DNA from: Amphiscolops sp. MND2022
Lineage: Eukaryota
NCBI GenBank assembly: GCA_964187785.1
Contig: OZ076409.1
Coordinates: 77,192,001-77,256,000 of the forward strand
DNA: 64,000 nucleotides
Direction: 5' to 3'
The notes below the pieces were generated by a model that saw only the letters and a list, made by a program, of their open reading frames with translations, was not told where the DNA came from and did not search any database. Every line of letters starts with the position of its first letter. The first letter of the stretch is position 1. Position numbers and translations under genes: made by a program. Positions 1 to 14,000 of the stretch are shown here, piece after piece.

Positions 1-1837
1 TGATTCGGTAAAAGAATTCTGATCGGTAATTTTGAGCCTCAAGCTGTACGTCAATTTTTGCAATTCCTGGCTTGTTGCTTGGCTATGGTACTCATCGCAA
101 TAACTTACTTTTTTTAAAGAGTCTTTCACATTTTTTTGTGTTCCTTATGAGTCTTCGATTAACGATGTGTAACTTTCCTTATAAAGGTTTGGGACTTTGT
201 ACATGATTTCTCATTTCGATGTTTTGACTATCAATTAAGTTCCTATTTCTTTCATACTTTAAACGGACGTTGCAACAATGTTCATAGTACAATAAGGCCG
301 ATAGTAGCAAGGCTTGCAAGAGATTTGTTCAGCTCAAGTTCTTCGAAACTGTTTTAATGTTTGAACACCCAGACGTTTCAAGTATCGGCTTTTAAGATAA
401 CAGTAAATTTTTAAGGGTATATTGATGTAAATTTAGCGCGAATGGTAAGAAATATTTCAGCAATTGAACCACTGGTTACAACTTTTAAACAGTAGCTCTA
501 AATGACAATACATTGTACTTTACTTTTTACTTTTAACGGTTATTTCACTGTGTAGATCGTACTCGCAAGTTTTCAAAGCGAGATTTTATGGCTTCGCAAA
601 TAGCTGGGTTGGAAACAAAGAGATTTGACAGGACGTCAAATACTGCATTAAAAGCCCGCTTCGTCTTATTCATTTTCCCATATAAGGTGTCACAGAGCTG
701 TGCCCAACCAAACAATGCTTTCATTCTTTCCACCATGCCTTTGTTTCTTGATTACAGCTTAAAGAGACGACGGCTGCGCACGGTTTGAGATTGTAACAAG
801 AGCATGTATGTGTATCTTTATGGAACCCGAATTCAACTTTTAATTTATTTCACTAAAACTACACTTTCAGTTTCATTTCTTTACTTCTTAGAACAACTTC
901 TCACGGAAACTCAAACTTGTTGAACGACCATCCTACATACGTTTGTACAAAGATCATAACCAAGTTAAAAGCTAGCTGCATTTAGTTTTAAAACTTCAAG
1001 CTATTGAAATTAAGCTTATCCAAATTTGGAAGGTCATTTTTTGCGCTTCAACTCCCGAGAGTGGTCATGATTAATGATTCATCTAAACTTCTGTTGTAAA
1101 TCCAAAACCACGTCACGAAATCTCGAATTAAAGTGTCGCAAAATGACATCTTTGTACTCCTCTTCGCTTTGTCATTAAATTAGAAGGCGCTTTTAGAGCA
1201 AGACCTGGTTCGCACCATAAAAGGCGGCAACCAATCAATGTAATCTCCGTTCGAATCTAATTGATGGTAGACACATCTTAGACGACGAAATTTGTGAGGT
1301 TGAAGATTTGGTGATACAAGTTGATTCAGCTGTTTTGCAATTTACGGCTCGGTATGTTGTCATAATCTACATATACTCTACGTTTTTATTTACTGCTCTT
1401 TATTCTTGTACTTTATAAGATTGCTTGTTTATCTTTAACGTCCGAACTGCAGTTAAAACCATGGTGCGCAGCAGAAGTTTACCACGAATGTGAGTATACT
1501 ATTAGACAGTTGAGATAATTGGGTTATTTCTTAAATGTACTTTATATTGAGCACGAGGTTATTCCCCACGTTTCGTTAGGTTCTCATTGAAATATTGGAG
1601 TTTGGTAGTATTTGGTTTCGTTTCCGGAGTTTTGAGCCAATATTGGTATCAAATGTTTTTAGCCGGTGCTTCATGAAATAAAACGCGACTACTATAATGG
1701 CTTTCCGTTGTTTTTCATTCAATCCGATCAAAGTGACCGTAAAATTTCTGCAAATTTCAAAATTGCTTGAAATGTTCTGTCCCTTCATAGTTTGACATTT
1801 ATTTGGAGGTACAATTCAAGTAGTGTGGTCCCTCGGC

Positions 1838-2315
1838 TGGAGTCGTTCCATTATTCCGAAACACCATTATTCCAAAAATAAATTTTCGGTTCCATTATTA
1901 CGAAAATAAATATTGAGTTCCAAAATTCCGAAAAACTTCACACGTAGTAAATACTGCGCGTCATAGTCCTATGATGAAAATTTCATTCGACGAACCAATC
2001 ACATTCCAATAAAAGGAATACATCACGAGCAGCGAACTAATTACGATAGTGTAATCAGCTATGCTCACCTACCCCTAGTGCCCTAAATGCAGGAGCGAAG
2101 CGAAGCGGAGCGACGTGCCATATGGCCATGCCTAAATGGTGCTACTTGGCGAAGAGAGTGAAGCGACCGAGCCATACAACTAGTATGCTAACCTTTTCAA
2201 ATACTAGTTTTCGGAATAATGGAACTGTAAATTTATTTTCGGAATAATGGAACTAACTCTCAATTTCGGAATAATGGAACGGTAAATTTATTTTCGGAAT
2301 AATGAATAGCAATCC
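1838..2315. mobile_element. MITE/foldback element nested in the Merlin left end
   Basis: Arrays of TTCCATTATTCCGAAA on the left and the reverse complement TTTCGGAATAATGGAA on the right. Flanking duplication TCCCTCGGC at 1829-1837 and 2313-2321. Confidence 0.8.
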
Positions 2316-2559
2316 CTCGGCATATCCTGCATCCGAGCAAAAACCAATTCAGGCAGAGTGGTCCGCACTAGTCTCCGCATTCACTGTATGAATAGTTTGT
2401 TTGCATAGTTGATAATGAGCATAACTAGCGTCATAATCATTCATTCTCCAGTTTGCCTACAAGTTAAAATATGAATCTTTTATGAGCCAACATACGGCAA
2501 ATTATTCCTCTGCAGTTTGATTTTTGAGATATAAACAAGTTTTGGCAACACGCGCCCCC

Positions 2560-3321
2560 GGATGTTCTACATGTGGCCGTGCAATGTCCGAAGTAAAAAT
2601 GGGAAAAGAAAAAGTGGCGGTGTCCATCGCGTAACACCAAGAAGATTTCGATTAAGAAGGTCAGTTTTCTTGAAGGCCAAAAGGTCTCATATCAGCAGTT
2701 CATGATGGCACACGAAACACCCGTAAAAACCGCTAATGAACTAACTGCGATTTCTGAGCAGACGTATGTACAGCGGTACGCCTACCTGCGGGATGTATGC
2801 TCGCATCACTTGGTTCAAAATCGGATACAGATTGGTCGACCAGGGGAAGTGGTTCAAGTCGACAAAACGCTAATATCGCAGCGAAAGAACAACCAAGGGC
2901 GTATTCTGACAGAACGTTGGGTATTTTGTGGAGTTGACGTGTCTTCTAAAATGTGCTTCATGCAGTTTGTGCCCGACCGAAACCAAGAGACGCTGCTCCC
3001 GATTATTGAACGGCTTGTTCGTCCTGGCACATTAATACTTTCGGACGAATGGAGAGCTTACACCAACATTCCTAATATTCCAGGTGAAACTATGCTCATG
3101 AGACGGTCAACAACTCGCAAAGTTTTGTGAACCCTGTAACACTGGCCCACACGCAGAATATGGAGAACTTACGGCGTAACTGCAAGCGCAAATGCTCGGC
3201 GTCCATTCAACAGAAGTCGAATCCTACGTGGACGAATTCATGTGGAAGCAACTTTATGGAAAAACTGCCACGGAGTTTCGACAATATTTTGCTGCACATC
3301 TCTCAATGGTACATTGTGTAA
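2560..3321 (+). pseudogene. Merlin/ISXO2-like DDE transposase pseudogene (frameshifted)
   Basis: Motifs spread over several frames: CSTC zinc ribbon; GRPGEVVQVDKT (canonical VEIDES); WVFCGVD; VPDRNQETLLPII; PGTLILSDEWRAY; HTQNMEN; ESYVDEFMW. Confidence 0.88.
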
Positions 3322-3902
3322 ATAATGATTTCGAGACCCGAAATGAGTTTTTAATTAATGGACCACAGCCTAGATGACGGACCACAGTACTTGAATTGGT
3401 TTAAGCCGGACCACACTGCTTAAATTGTTCCTATTTAGATTATGATGGATCTTGCTAATGGATCTTAATTGCTAATGCCCCAAGAAAATTTATGTTCAAA
3501 ATAGCCATTTACGCGGAAATAAATCAATTATCACAACGAAGGGCTTGCCTGTTGGCACGATGCTGAGAACGGAAAAAAGTGATCATGTTAGTAAGCATGT
3601 GACCAGCGTCATTTCACACTTGTGTGAAGAAGAAAAAACATCATTGATTCGAAAATGAAATGGGCTTTAGCAGACCAGATCCGCGTTAATTTCGACATTG
3701 ATACTTTTCTCTGAAAATTTTCTGTTTTCCCAAAATTGTCCACCCTAGGTTTTTTGATTTTTAATAAGAAAAAACGACTCAAGGGTCTTTTTTCCTGCTC
3801 TTTGAGATCGAGTGTTTTTAAGAAGCTATTCCTTGACACAATGCAATGCTTTTGCGTTTTTAGAGCCTTAAGCGTTGCACCGACTTGTGCCGTTCCCTAC
3901 TT

Positions 3903-5300
3903 TTTAGTCCGCGCTTTCGTAGAAAGAGCAGACTATAGAAGTGACTTTTCTTTTCCTTTTTAGCCTTTAAGACCAACGAACTGGCAAATTTTATACGCTT
4001 TAAAAGCTGTTGCTTACTTACTTGTAACTTATACTAATCGGTTTAGGGGGAACCCAGGGGTCGCTGGTTCGAGTCCCTGCTTTAGTCAGAAACTTATTCG
4101 GGCATTTGCTAAACCGGTCGAGACTAAAGGACCTCTCCTTTTGATTTTTTTCTTTGTAAGACTCGAAAGTTTTTTATTTTTTCCAAAGGGTCCCCCTTTC
4201 AATTTTTCTTGATATTTTGCAACAAAATGGGTTTTCAAAAAGCCCTAAGGGTCCCATCTTTCACAATTTTTGGCTTTGTGAGATTTTTCAAAATATGCAA
4301 AATTTTTTGTCTTAAAATTAGCACGCTCTACCCGAATTTTTCAGGCGTTTTTCCATCTGACTTTTAATTTCATCAAAGCCACCTCCAATTTTTACTAGAA
4401 ATGTTTTGCGAGCATACAGGACACCATATGGTTTTCGGCATTATGCGACTTACCGGGGACCTTCATCAAACATTTTTTCGAAATATCGAAGAGAATTTCT
4501 CCAGTTTTCGTTTTTTTGAAAGTCTCCAGTTGGAGAAAAATTGGTTTTCGAGTCTTATGCGTATCCGTTGGGTTATTTTTTGGCACTGTAAGGATGATGA
4601 AAATTTAACTAAAGTGTCCTTTTAGATTTTTAACTTTACTTTTTTGGACGTTGAGCGGGGCGCCGACTTGGACTGTTTCCGCCTGCAGTGTCAAATTTCA
4701 TTGAATATTCAGAGCTCTTTTTTGTTAGTGCTTTTATATAAAAAAGCTCGACTATTACAGTCTTTCAATTTTAGTCGGCGCATTTATTTGAAAGAGCTCG
4801 ACTATTACAGGCACTCGTTTTTTTCTTTTTTAAAATACACTCGAAGTGAGGAAATTTTTGTTCGGTTTGTTCAATAAACGAATACCTGGGAAACGCATCT
4901 AAGTTATCGCAAAGGGTCCCCCTTTCAGTTTTTACTTTTTAAACGTAACATACAAAACCGTATGAGACTAACGGGTCCCCGCCTTTCAATTTTTTCGGCG
5001 CTGTGACTCCAAATTTTTTTTCTGCCAAAGAGTCCCTCTTCAATTTTTTTGATGTTTTGCGACAGCATAGATGTTGAAAAACCCCAAAGGGTCCCCTCTT
5101 TCAGTTTTTTTTCGGCCTTGTGAGAATTATTTTCGTTTTTTTAACACAAAGGGTCCCCCTTCATTTTTTTGATATTTAACAATGGATGTTAAAAAATCCG
5201 AAAGGGTCCCCCCTTTTAGCGCACCCGGGGCCGCCAGCGGGCCCCGGCGTGCCAATTCGGCCCAACTTTCGTACTGTAAAAGAATACTTGACACTTTCAG
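3903..5300 (+). repeat. Cluster of HINE-like interspersed repeat copies and fragments (AAGGGTCCCC-rich body)
   Basis: 5' ends TTAGTC(C/G)GCGC at 3903 and 4771; 3'-type end GGCGCCGACTTGG at ~4660; repeated AAAGGGTCCCC motifs; tRNA B-box GGTTCGAGTCC at ~4066. Confidence 0.7.
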
Positions 5301-8300
5301 GCACTGCAAGAGAATACTTGGCCATTACTTGAGAAGCTTCGAAAAATGTCAGTATCCTATACAATATAACTTTTATATTTCTCAAACTTTCATTCTTTTT
5401 CTCTGATATCAAAATGGTGTAAACTACGGTGAAAATTCACAGTACTTGGTTGTTTATTTTTTGTCCAAAGAAAAAGTCAACATTAGTCGTACTTTACTTT
5501 CTGGTTGTTTTTTGTATGGCCAAAAGGTGTTACAATGTCTACTTAGTCCACAATTTTTTATAATATTCAAGATGATTTTCAACTTTCAAAACAGTTTGTA
5601 TGCATTGTAAAACATGAAACCAATTACCCACTTCTTGCTATTTATCATGTTTTTATGTAATTGAGTATTCATTCATGACATGCCATTTTTGCCAAAAGCA
5701 CCGCTTACCGGGACCTCGGAAATGCTCGGCGTGTTTTCAATTCGAGATGTCAGACTGAATGGACTCAAGGCACTTCGTATTCAGCTGGCGTGATTTTTTT
5801 TCACCATTGAGATGTACATTCCGCTGCAAGATTTGGTTGCTTCATTAGTTGCTAAACCAACCATGTGCGTTTAAAGTAACAGTTGAGAGTCGAATAAATC
5901 GTTGCAACCTTTGGATTGTCCAATTCGTCTCTAATCAGTAGTTGCAATGTTTGAAGCAACTTTTAGAAATGGTGCTTTATAATGAGCAAAAAATGTTACG
6001 AGCTGTTAATATGCCTTCAAATGATGCGTCTAACGCAACTAAGGTGCTTTCTGATGTCTTGATTCAGTAACACTCATGAACGCTCCTTACTAAGTACTGA
6101 ACAACTTTACAAACTTCAAAAGATCTAATTGTTCGATTGACCGGTCGTAGTTCTTTGTGGTTAGTTGTTTAATTAGTGATGAATGACGTTGACTGACTTT
6201 TCTAACCTTATCAATCTTCTAGTGGGAATTACTAATCTTAGGAGTTACTTACTTTTCATTGTTTTTCCTTTCAAATTTGTGCTTTACCCTGCTTTCCGTT
6301 CACGTTTGAAGTGTGTTCTATGAACCGTAAACCCCGTGCTTCTAGTGGGCATGATCTCTAAGCTAGTTTTCGAAGGGCACCTTGAACTGCTGAGGATATG
6401 TGTCTGGATTCAAAACACTGAAGTAAGATAGACATCAAATTGGTTATGGTTCTATTTTTGTCACTTTGAAGTGGGAGTTATTTTGTTCAAACTTCTTGAA
6501 GGATTAGTCAAATCAACTAGGAGGGAATTTTCGTGAGAAAGTGGCAAATATCAATGGTCCTTTTTGATGATTGATTTCTGCAATCGTTGCATGAACTTTG
6601 TTCAGGCTCCGTTCGCCCTCATGTTCAGATAAGCTTCACAAAATACTTACCACATTGGTAAGATGTTCGCCATTCTCCTGATAACATATAGGGTACATTA
6701 TTTGTTTACAAGTTCTCGAGCTATGATGATTCCATTACTAGTCGGGCGAAGTTCTGGTTATCAAAAGATTGTTGCTTGTGTGGTCAATTGTTTGCTTTGA
6801 TCTTTTGTCAAAGCATAGACCTCAAACATTTATTCGTTGTTGGGCAGCATAATGCTATCGCCATCAAAATTACTAACTTCAATTTGAGGTAGTGTTTTAC
6901 AGCTAATTCTGAAGGTTCATTGTTTTACCCTTGCAAGACTAAAGCAAAAAACTTTCTCCGCTTGAAAAAAGTTTAAACCCTGATTGCTGCAGGAACTTCG
7001 CAATTTTCTACCTTTTTACAACTTTTTTGAAAAGTTTGATTTACTGTTCGGGTTATTACCTTTTCCGGTAAGAACCCTTTTTCACTCAGCATTTGTTTGC
7101 TTTCGGTTCAAAATTGAACCGAACTTTCGCTGAGGCAAACGGAGGGCCCTTGGTTTTTGTAGAGACTGCTAAGACCAAGAAATCAAGTTTTTGTCTTTTA
7201 CCTTTTTTGGTGCAAAACCTCGTTTTAATTCGACTTGGGGAGGTAAGGAAAAAAGCGGAACAAACATTCCGGAAGACCTTAGCGCGACGGACAACTGTTG
7301 AGAGTTCGGAGTATTGTTGCAGTGACGTGGACAGAGTAGTTTTACTGTGCATAACTAAATTTGGACTACCATTCAAAAACTAAATAGTATTTTCTTACTG
7401 GTGTTTTGATAGTTTAGAATTCTAGCCATGACAGACTATCGACGTTTGCTTTGTCTAAGGGTGGCGCATGTTTTCGCAGCCCTTGCGAAAATTCTGAATC
7501 TTTGAAACTTCTCCAGATGTAATTTATTTCCGTTGATTGTGAAATTAAGTGTCGCATTCAATCCAGTGCGTTCTCCGGTGGTTGTCTTGCTTCCTCCTGA
7601 GCCCTAAATTGAGGAACGACTACTGGAATTAATTTAATTAGTATTCCTGTGACGTCAAACTGACAGATTCGGTTCATCTGCTTTCAATTTTTCCTCGCGT
7701 TCTATCACTCCCTAGATTCCAAAAAAGCTTGTCTGTAGAATTGAATGAATCCTTTGAAGTTTGAATTTGTCCAGCATAAAATGGTGCTATAAAATGACGC
7801 GAGAGCTTTAGTTTTACTGATTCAAAGTTCAAGTCGTTAAACTTTAATGATAACAGTAAACTGAAATGGCATGAATTTATCTGAAAGTGCACGTGTTCTT
7901 TCCAAGGAGACCTGAATATTTTTGCGTGAATTCACATCTGTCAAAGTTATCATTGAAAGTTTTGTTGGCCTTTCAAATTTCAAAAGTCTGCCATTTTTAG
8001 CCACGTTTCTCGCAAGCTTGACACATCGAAAGTGTTAATTAACTTCAGAGTCATTATTCTAAATGACCTTGGCTCTCTACGGTTGAGTTTGTAGGTCGAT
8101 TGACTACATTCGTAACTTCCTGACTACGACCACTTTTTTGTTTTTAGGTGTAAATTCTCCTGAGGCCAGTAATTTAGAAAAAAAACGAAGCTTTCCGGAC
8201 TTCGGTCATTCAAATTAATTGAGGAATGAGCCGACCAGTTAATATTTTTAAATGTTCGGATGAATTGTCAATTACTGATAACAATTCTGACGAAATGAAT

Positions 8301-10928
8301 CTAATAAATCAATCACTCGTTTGTTGATGTTTTTTATTCACCACAACATTTGTCTTTGGCATACCATTATTTTGGTTACCATTCTAATCTGTTCTACATC
8401 AGAAAATACACCTAACCGAAGGCGCGTATTCATCCATTCTGTCTTTATTGCGACATCTACCAATTGCAAACGTAATGGAATTTTTCATTTTGCGAGCGTT
8501 GGTTGGTTTCCATGGAAACAACAACTGCATTTAGCAAAGAATGGAGCAGCAGAAGAGCTGGTTTTGTAATAAATTTCATTAAATTTGATGCTCTCTCCAA
8601 TCGATAATCCTTTGCCTAGTTTCGTATTCTTAGGCTTTGCTATTACGCACCTTTTACATCAGAATTGGCACAGTGAAAATGTAGGCGTGTTCATTGCACC
8701 TAATAAAGGCTCTCCCTCTCTTACATTCTAGGCCGGCAATCATATAAATTCCTGTTTTATTGTGATAGCATTTAAAGCTGCTTGCTCTATGACACTTTGC
8801 TGAAAACGTTGAAAAAATGCTCCAGGATCATTTATAAACATTACTCTAACGCAAAACGCCGCGACGTTCGAATGACTTTCCGGATAATTGCTCATCAACT
8901 GTGAAATGAAATTGAACTTGAAGCAAATAAAAATATTTTTCGATCTTTTGGTTTTTTTCAGACATACATTGCTATGAAGATGATAGACTTGACGTTCTCT
9001 TGACCTTTTGACTTTGGTGCAGGAATATTTCGTTTCCTTTGGCAATAAATGACATTATTTGATGTAAGTGAAGCCGTCATTGGTATTTCCTTTGTAACCA
9101 TGTACTCAGGATATAACTCAAGTCGCCATAACTTCGGAGACCCTTATGTAATGAAATAGTATATAGTTGATATAAAGTGAATAGTAGTCAGACCGTAGCT
9201 GAACAATTAATTTCGAAAGTGCAATACAGGACAGAATATAATGTACAATGAGACTGATAAAAATGAATAATGTGACTATCGCCGAATATTGTCAATTAAT
9301 GAAATGTTGCAACTTATGCCATTCTCTAGGGAAAATGTTATCTCCAGTCATTCTCGATAACTATAATTAGCCTTAGCTTAATACTTTTCAAATTACTATA
9401 ATTTTGTCAGGCCATTCATTATCAAGGATGGCTGAATTCAGGATCTCTATAAATTATCTTGGGTTAACAATTGTCATTGCCTTAATGCATCACCAAAATT
9501 TTGGAGAGTCATCGTGACTAAAATTGAACTTGAGCGGTTAGTATTCAAGATACAGCGATGAGCTGATCAAAGATTTTCAAACCTGGCTGTAAATGTCTTA
9601 TTGATTTTCTGAAATACTCAGTTGAAATGGTTCTCGAGATAAAACTCCAATAATTTTAGTATCTAAATGGTGGAAGAAATTGGTTAAATGTCGAAATATC
9701 TTAATTTGAAGTGTTTTACGCCGAAATTTCAATAAGAAATGAAAATATTGGTTGTATGACTCGGGGTTTCTGCTTGTAGGGCGCTTCGCTCCGATCCGGA
9801 TTTAATCGTCGATTTAAGGTCGGATTTAATCAAAACAAGATGCTGGTCAAGTAATGGCACGTTGCTTCGTTCCTGCATTTAGGGTACTATCGGTATAGGA
9901 ACATAGCCAATCACAATTCTATAATTTAGATTTCAAGTAAGATTTCAACTTGGGAGATAATGACCTGAAATCGTGAAATGAGTCTGTACAGAGACGAAGC
10001 CTCTTTCAAGAAAGCAAAGTGAAGCTCGTTTTTGTGAACTTCATTTGACCAATAACTCCGTTTTTGACATATAAGTTCGCTTTTTATGATAAACAACTTA
10101 CAAATTATCAACACTCTTAATAAGCAACGTCTTTAAAAATAACTTCAAAGAGTTATTGTTTCATGATTATTTCATCTTCTATTTTGGTTACTTCGCGTAG
10201 CATGTATTGATTTTTCAATGTAATATCGCTAAAGGGAGTAACAACCTTTCTTCCATGTGTTCCATTCAGTTTATGGACCAACCGTGGGGTGTAAAGTTTT
10301 GCGTTGCGTATCATGAGTCATGGCTTAAAATTTCCCCTGCGTTGTCCTCTCCAAAGGTATGAACAAAGCTCGCACTAGAAACAAGCAACCCACTCCTCAT
10401 CCTAATCCAATTTGAACTACATTAATTTTGTTTTGAATCAACTAAATTTTGTTAATACATTCATCCTCCCCTGCTTTGTTACTTTGAAAATGCTTTAGAA
10501 CTCCCGAATTGGCTTAACATCGTCATGAATTATATAGTGTCTAAAAAGTAAGTTCCTACAGCTGAGTGTTGAAGCAATCATGGGTCTTCTGTTACGTGTT
10601 TTCTAAAGCTTTTGTAAAATTTTGAGACACCCAAAAAGGCGTTGAGTACATATCACTCTGTAATAATATTCAAAATGGTCCATTTCGACTTTTCAAGACT
10701 TACATCTATTTCTGAGGAGTTGAATATTATTTGCTTTGCTCAAAATGTAATAATTTGTGTGGTTATTTCAGAAAAGTTAGTGGAATATCCTCATCTTCGA
10801 TTGGAGGCGGCGCAGACAAACACAGAAGCGGCGGAGGCTTCATTCCCTCTCCTTCCTCATCTTCCTCGACACTAGTCGCGGGCCCAGCCCAGACCCAACA
10901 ACACCTGGTCGCCTCTGCCCCCAGACTT

Positions 10929-11072
10929 ATGTTTCCCCGCTGTGCCAACGAGAACGACATGGGTGCCGTAGAGGTGGCCCGCAGGGAGTCACAGCACTTC
11001 CTGAGAAACACAGACCTCATCGTCAGCCAGCGGGATGAGATCAGACAGCACTCCAAAGACCTGGTTGCTCAG
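10929..11072 (+). CDS. MTSS-like coding exon 1 (frame open upstream to a possible acceptor at 10771)
   Basis: Ends CAG|GTGAGT, phase 0. Confidence 0.7.
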
Positions 11073-14000
11073 GTGAGTGAACAAATCATTTAAAGTGACT
11101 TGTTCAGCTGGTCTGATTAGAAAATACAGTAATGAAACTAGTTTAAAGGTTTCTAGGAATGTTACATGGGAACTAGCTTGCTTGCTGCGTAATGCAAAAA
11201 ATTATTGTCTCCGTTATCTATTGGGGCCTATTTCAAAATAATGAAAAAGTGTGGTCACTTAATGTCTTTTCCGGAAGCCACATTGATGTGTTGTTACTAA
11301 CGCTTTACTTGTATGCAGGCAAAAGATGTAGCAGAAAAGTTGGAGAAGACTCAAGCTGCTTTGCGTACTTTTTATAACACGCTGGGCAAAATGGCCGACA
11401 CTTTTGGCATTAACTACAGTGGCAACCGGGAAATCGGACAGGAGCTCATTCGCCTCACTGCTAGGTAAGTTTAACTACGTTTCCTGTTTAAATTAATGAG
11501 TGTCAATTACCGTATTTATTCAAAAACTAACCCTAGAATATAAGTCGCATCTTTTGGCTTGAATTAACATATTCTTAGCAAGAGCATTTCAGATACTCTT
11601 TTTTGTTCAATAGTTTGAAATGTTCAACAAGGTAGCTTGGTTGTGGCAGCTGAATTTGTAATTGCCAAGTTCAAAACGATTTTAAGACGTTTCATATTCA
11701 AATTTTTGCAATTGCTTTTCAAGGTTAACGAATGAGCAAAATGAAAATGCCCTTGATTAAAAGTCGCATTTGTTTGTATGGGAATCAAAAATTAAGATTT
11801 GCGACTTGTTTTGAATAAATTCGGCAAGCAAAGCCTGTAACACGTATTTTGGTTTGGATTAACTCATCTTCGTTTTGAAGAAAAAAGAATTGTAAGTTGG
11901 AATCTCTTTCGAATGTCTCCCTTCTGTCTACTCTTTAATATATCTGTAGAATTATATATATTTTTGGAAATAATAAATAAATTGGTCGACCCAATAATCG
12001 CTCTTTTAAAACCCACCTGCCTTATAAATGTAATAATCCAAAAAATAATTCAAAAACAACGCAATAGTTTCAATTGATATGAAAAGTTTGCTAATAAAAT
12101 TATTTGTCAACGTTTATAATGGTTGAAATGGTGCTGTGTTTAACAGGCACAAAGACGCCTGTGACATCCTGACCGATGTTTCGACCGCTTTCCGACTCTT
12201 CTCGGGTACAACTCCGTCTCGGTCGAGCAGTCCTGACTCGGGGTCGGGGGGTGCAACCAGTGTGGTGGACAGGGTCAGCAAACAGTTCCAGAAGGAGTGC
12301 GACAGTGCACGCAAAGAGAACGATGACCTGAAGAAGAGCATGGAGGACATGGGATTCAAGTACGGCAGCAGCATTCAGTCCACGCGCAAAAACAGCATCG
12401 GAAAAAGTGAGTCTTGTCTCTGGCTTCCTCCTCGAATTGGCTACTATCATATTTCGAGGCTTTCGAAAAAAAACTAGCGAAATTGTTGTCGTGGAAAATG
12501 GAGGCCTTTGGATTTTAATGAAATAAGTGTTTTAAAGAAACGCTGATTTTTGGTATTGCGGATTTTAAAATGTTCATTTTTAATACATAATATTTTTGTC
12601 GGAATATTCTGTTTCACATTTCGAACTTGTATGGAAAACCTTGCTTGTTATTTTAATTTTAGGGGCCTCTGAGAACTTTTCTTTTTGTTCTTTCGAACCT
12701 TTCATTTTGTAGTTGCAATCAAACTTTCTGTTTCAGTCAAAAAGATGGACACTAATGAAACCAACAAATATTTGAGCAAAGCCTCTAAGGCTAAAACTCT
12801 GTTCGTGAACACTTTGACCCAACAACGCAAATTCATGTGTATATTTTGTGACTCGATTTGCAACATAGTTGACAAAGAATTGCGACTTGCCGAAAAGTTC
12901 TCAAGTTGTGAGCCGATCTACAACAACTTGATGAAGCAGATGGCTCATGTTGACAAGTTACCCGACAACGCTTTGGATGACATCAAAGTTGCTGGAAATG
13001 TTAACAGCTCAGATGTAGTTTTCAAGTCAGCGGTCAACCCCCAGAACCCCAACTCGTCTTACTCCTCTGCGAATGCAACCCCTACTTCGAGTGAGCCACA
13101 GTACGATTCAATCAGTCAGACCAGTTCCCTGGGCTCAAGCACTAGTTTGTCCACCAATGCTAGCACCGAATCGCCCAGTGGCACTTCTTCTTCTTACGCA
13201 GACTCAGGTTAGCTTCTAACAAGTGAAACAGTAAAAGATTGGATGTATATGACGTCTTTGATTAATTGACTTGCAGAGGGAAGTTTTTGATAGACAATGG
13301 TGGTTGGAAAATGCAATAAGATGTTCTCTATAATGATGCTGTCAAAGCACCTGTTAATACTTGCTTGTTAGTTTTTTCTTCATGGCTAAGATGTACCAAT
13401 TCAATATGTTTCGGTTCGATTTATTTTCGGCCAGCTATCAAAAAGTTCTTCTTAACCGGTTTCAAACAAATAATTAGTTCTCTGCGCGTTCGAAAAAACG
13501 GATGAAATTGAAAATTTACACATCTGAATTGTTATACGATGTTTCTTTGAATGTCGAAGCTTCTTCCCATTGTTTCTCCACTTTCCAAAATAACGCCATT
13601 TAAGGAAGCATATTTCAGTTTTGTTATATTTGAAACTTCAACTACAAATTTTGTATGACCAGGTTTTCCGTCATCAAGAGAGAGCTCGCACGATGACCCT
13701 GACTACAGGGACCCCGCCATCTACTTCCAGAGGGCAGCGGCGTTCGCAGGAGGAATGGCCCCCCGTCACTTGCCCGCCCACCTGTCGCTTTCTGCCAAGG
13801 GGGGTCTCAACGCTCCTGCCCCTCCCCCTAGACGCGGCTCCTGCTGCCAGGCACCCCTCTCGGCAATGTCCAGTTCCAACTCTCTCCATGCCGGCATCAC
13901 CGGTAAAGGGTCTGGGAGCGAAAGGGACAGCGAGACTTTTGTGCGGGAGAAAAAAGACTTGCCAGAGTTGCGTGTTATGTGCAATGATGCTCGTCCGGTA

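Larger units (their letters stand above)
1808..3431 (+). mobile_element. Merlin/IS1595-family DNA transposon, decayed
   Basis: TIRs GGTACAATTCAAGTAGTGTGGTCC (1808) and GGACCACACTGCTTAAATTGTTCC (ends 3431). Flanked by an 8-bp TSD, TATTTGGA / TATTTAGA (7/8 match). TIR motif is repeated subterminally. Contains transposase remnants. Confidence 0.9.

Noticed and set aside
545..788. Short ORFs at the window start
   Set aside because: No recognisable motif or splice support.
2702..3130. Bacterial IS1595 indicating contamination or HGT
   Set aside because: TIR/TSD layout and nesting with host MITEs fit eukaryotic Merlin.
4045..4085. Functional tRNA genes at B-box sites (4066, 29655, 42385, 47420, 53490, 60865)
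   Set aside because: Only T-arm fragments inside repeats; no complete cloverleaf.
5220..5255. GC-rich hairpin CCGGGGCC...GGCCCCGG as a terminator
   Set aside because: Eukaryotic DNA, no U-tract, and it lies inside an interspersed repeat.
7674..7892. FIAPFYA as a NIDO-domain motif
   Set aside because: Isolated short match with no flanking similarity or exon structure.
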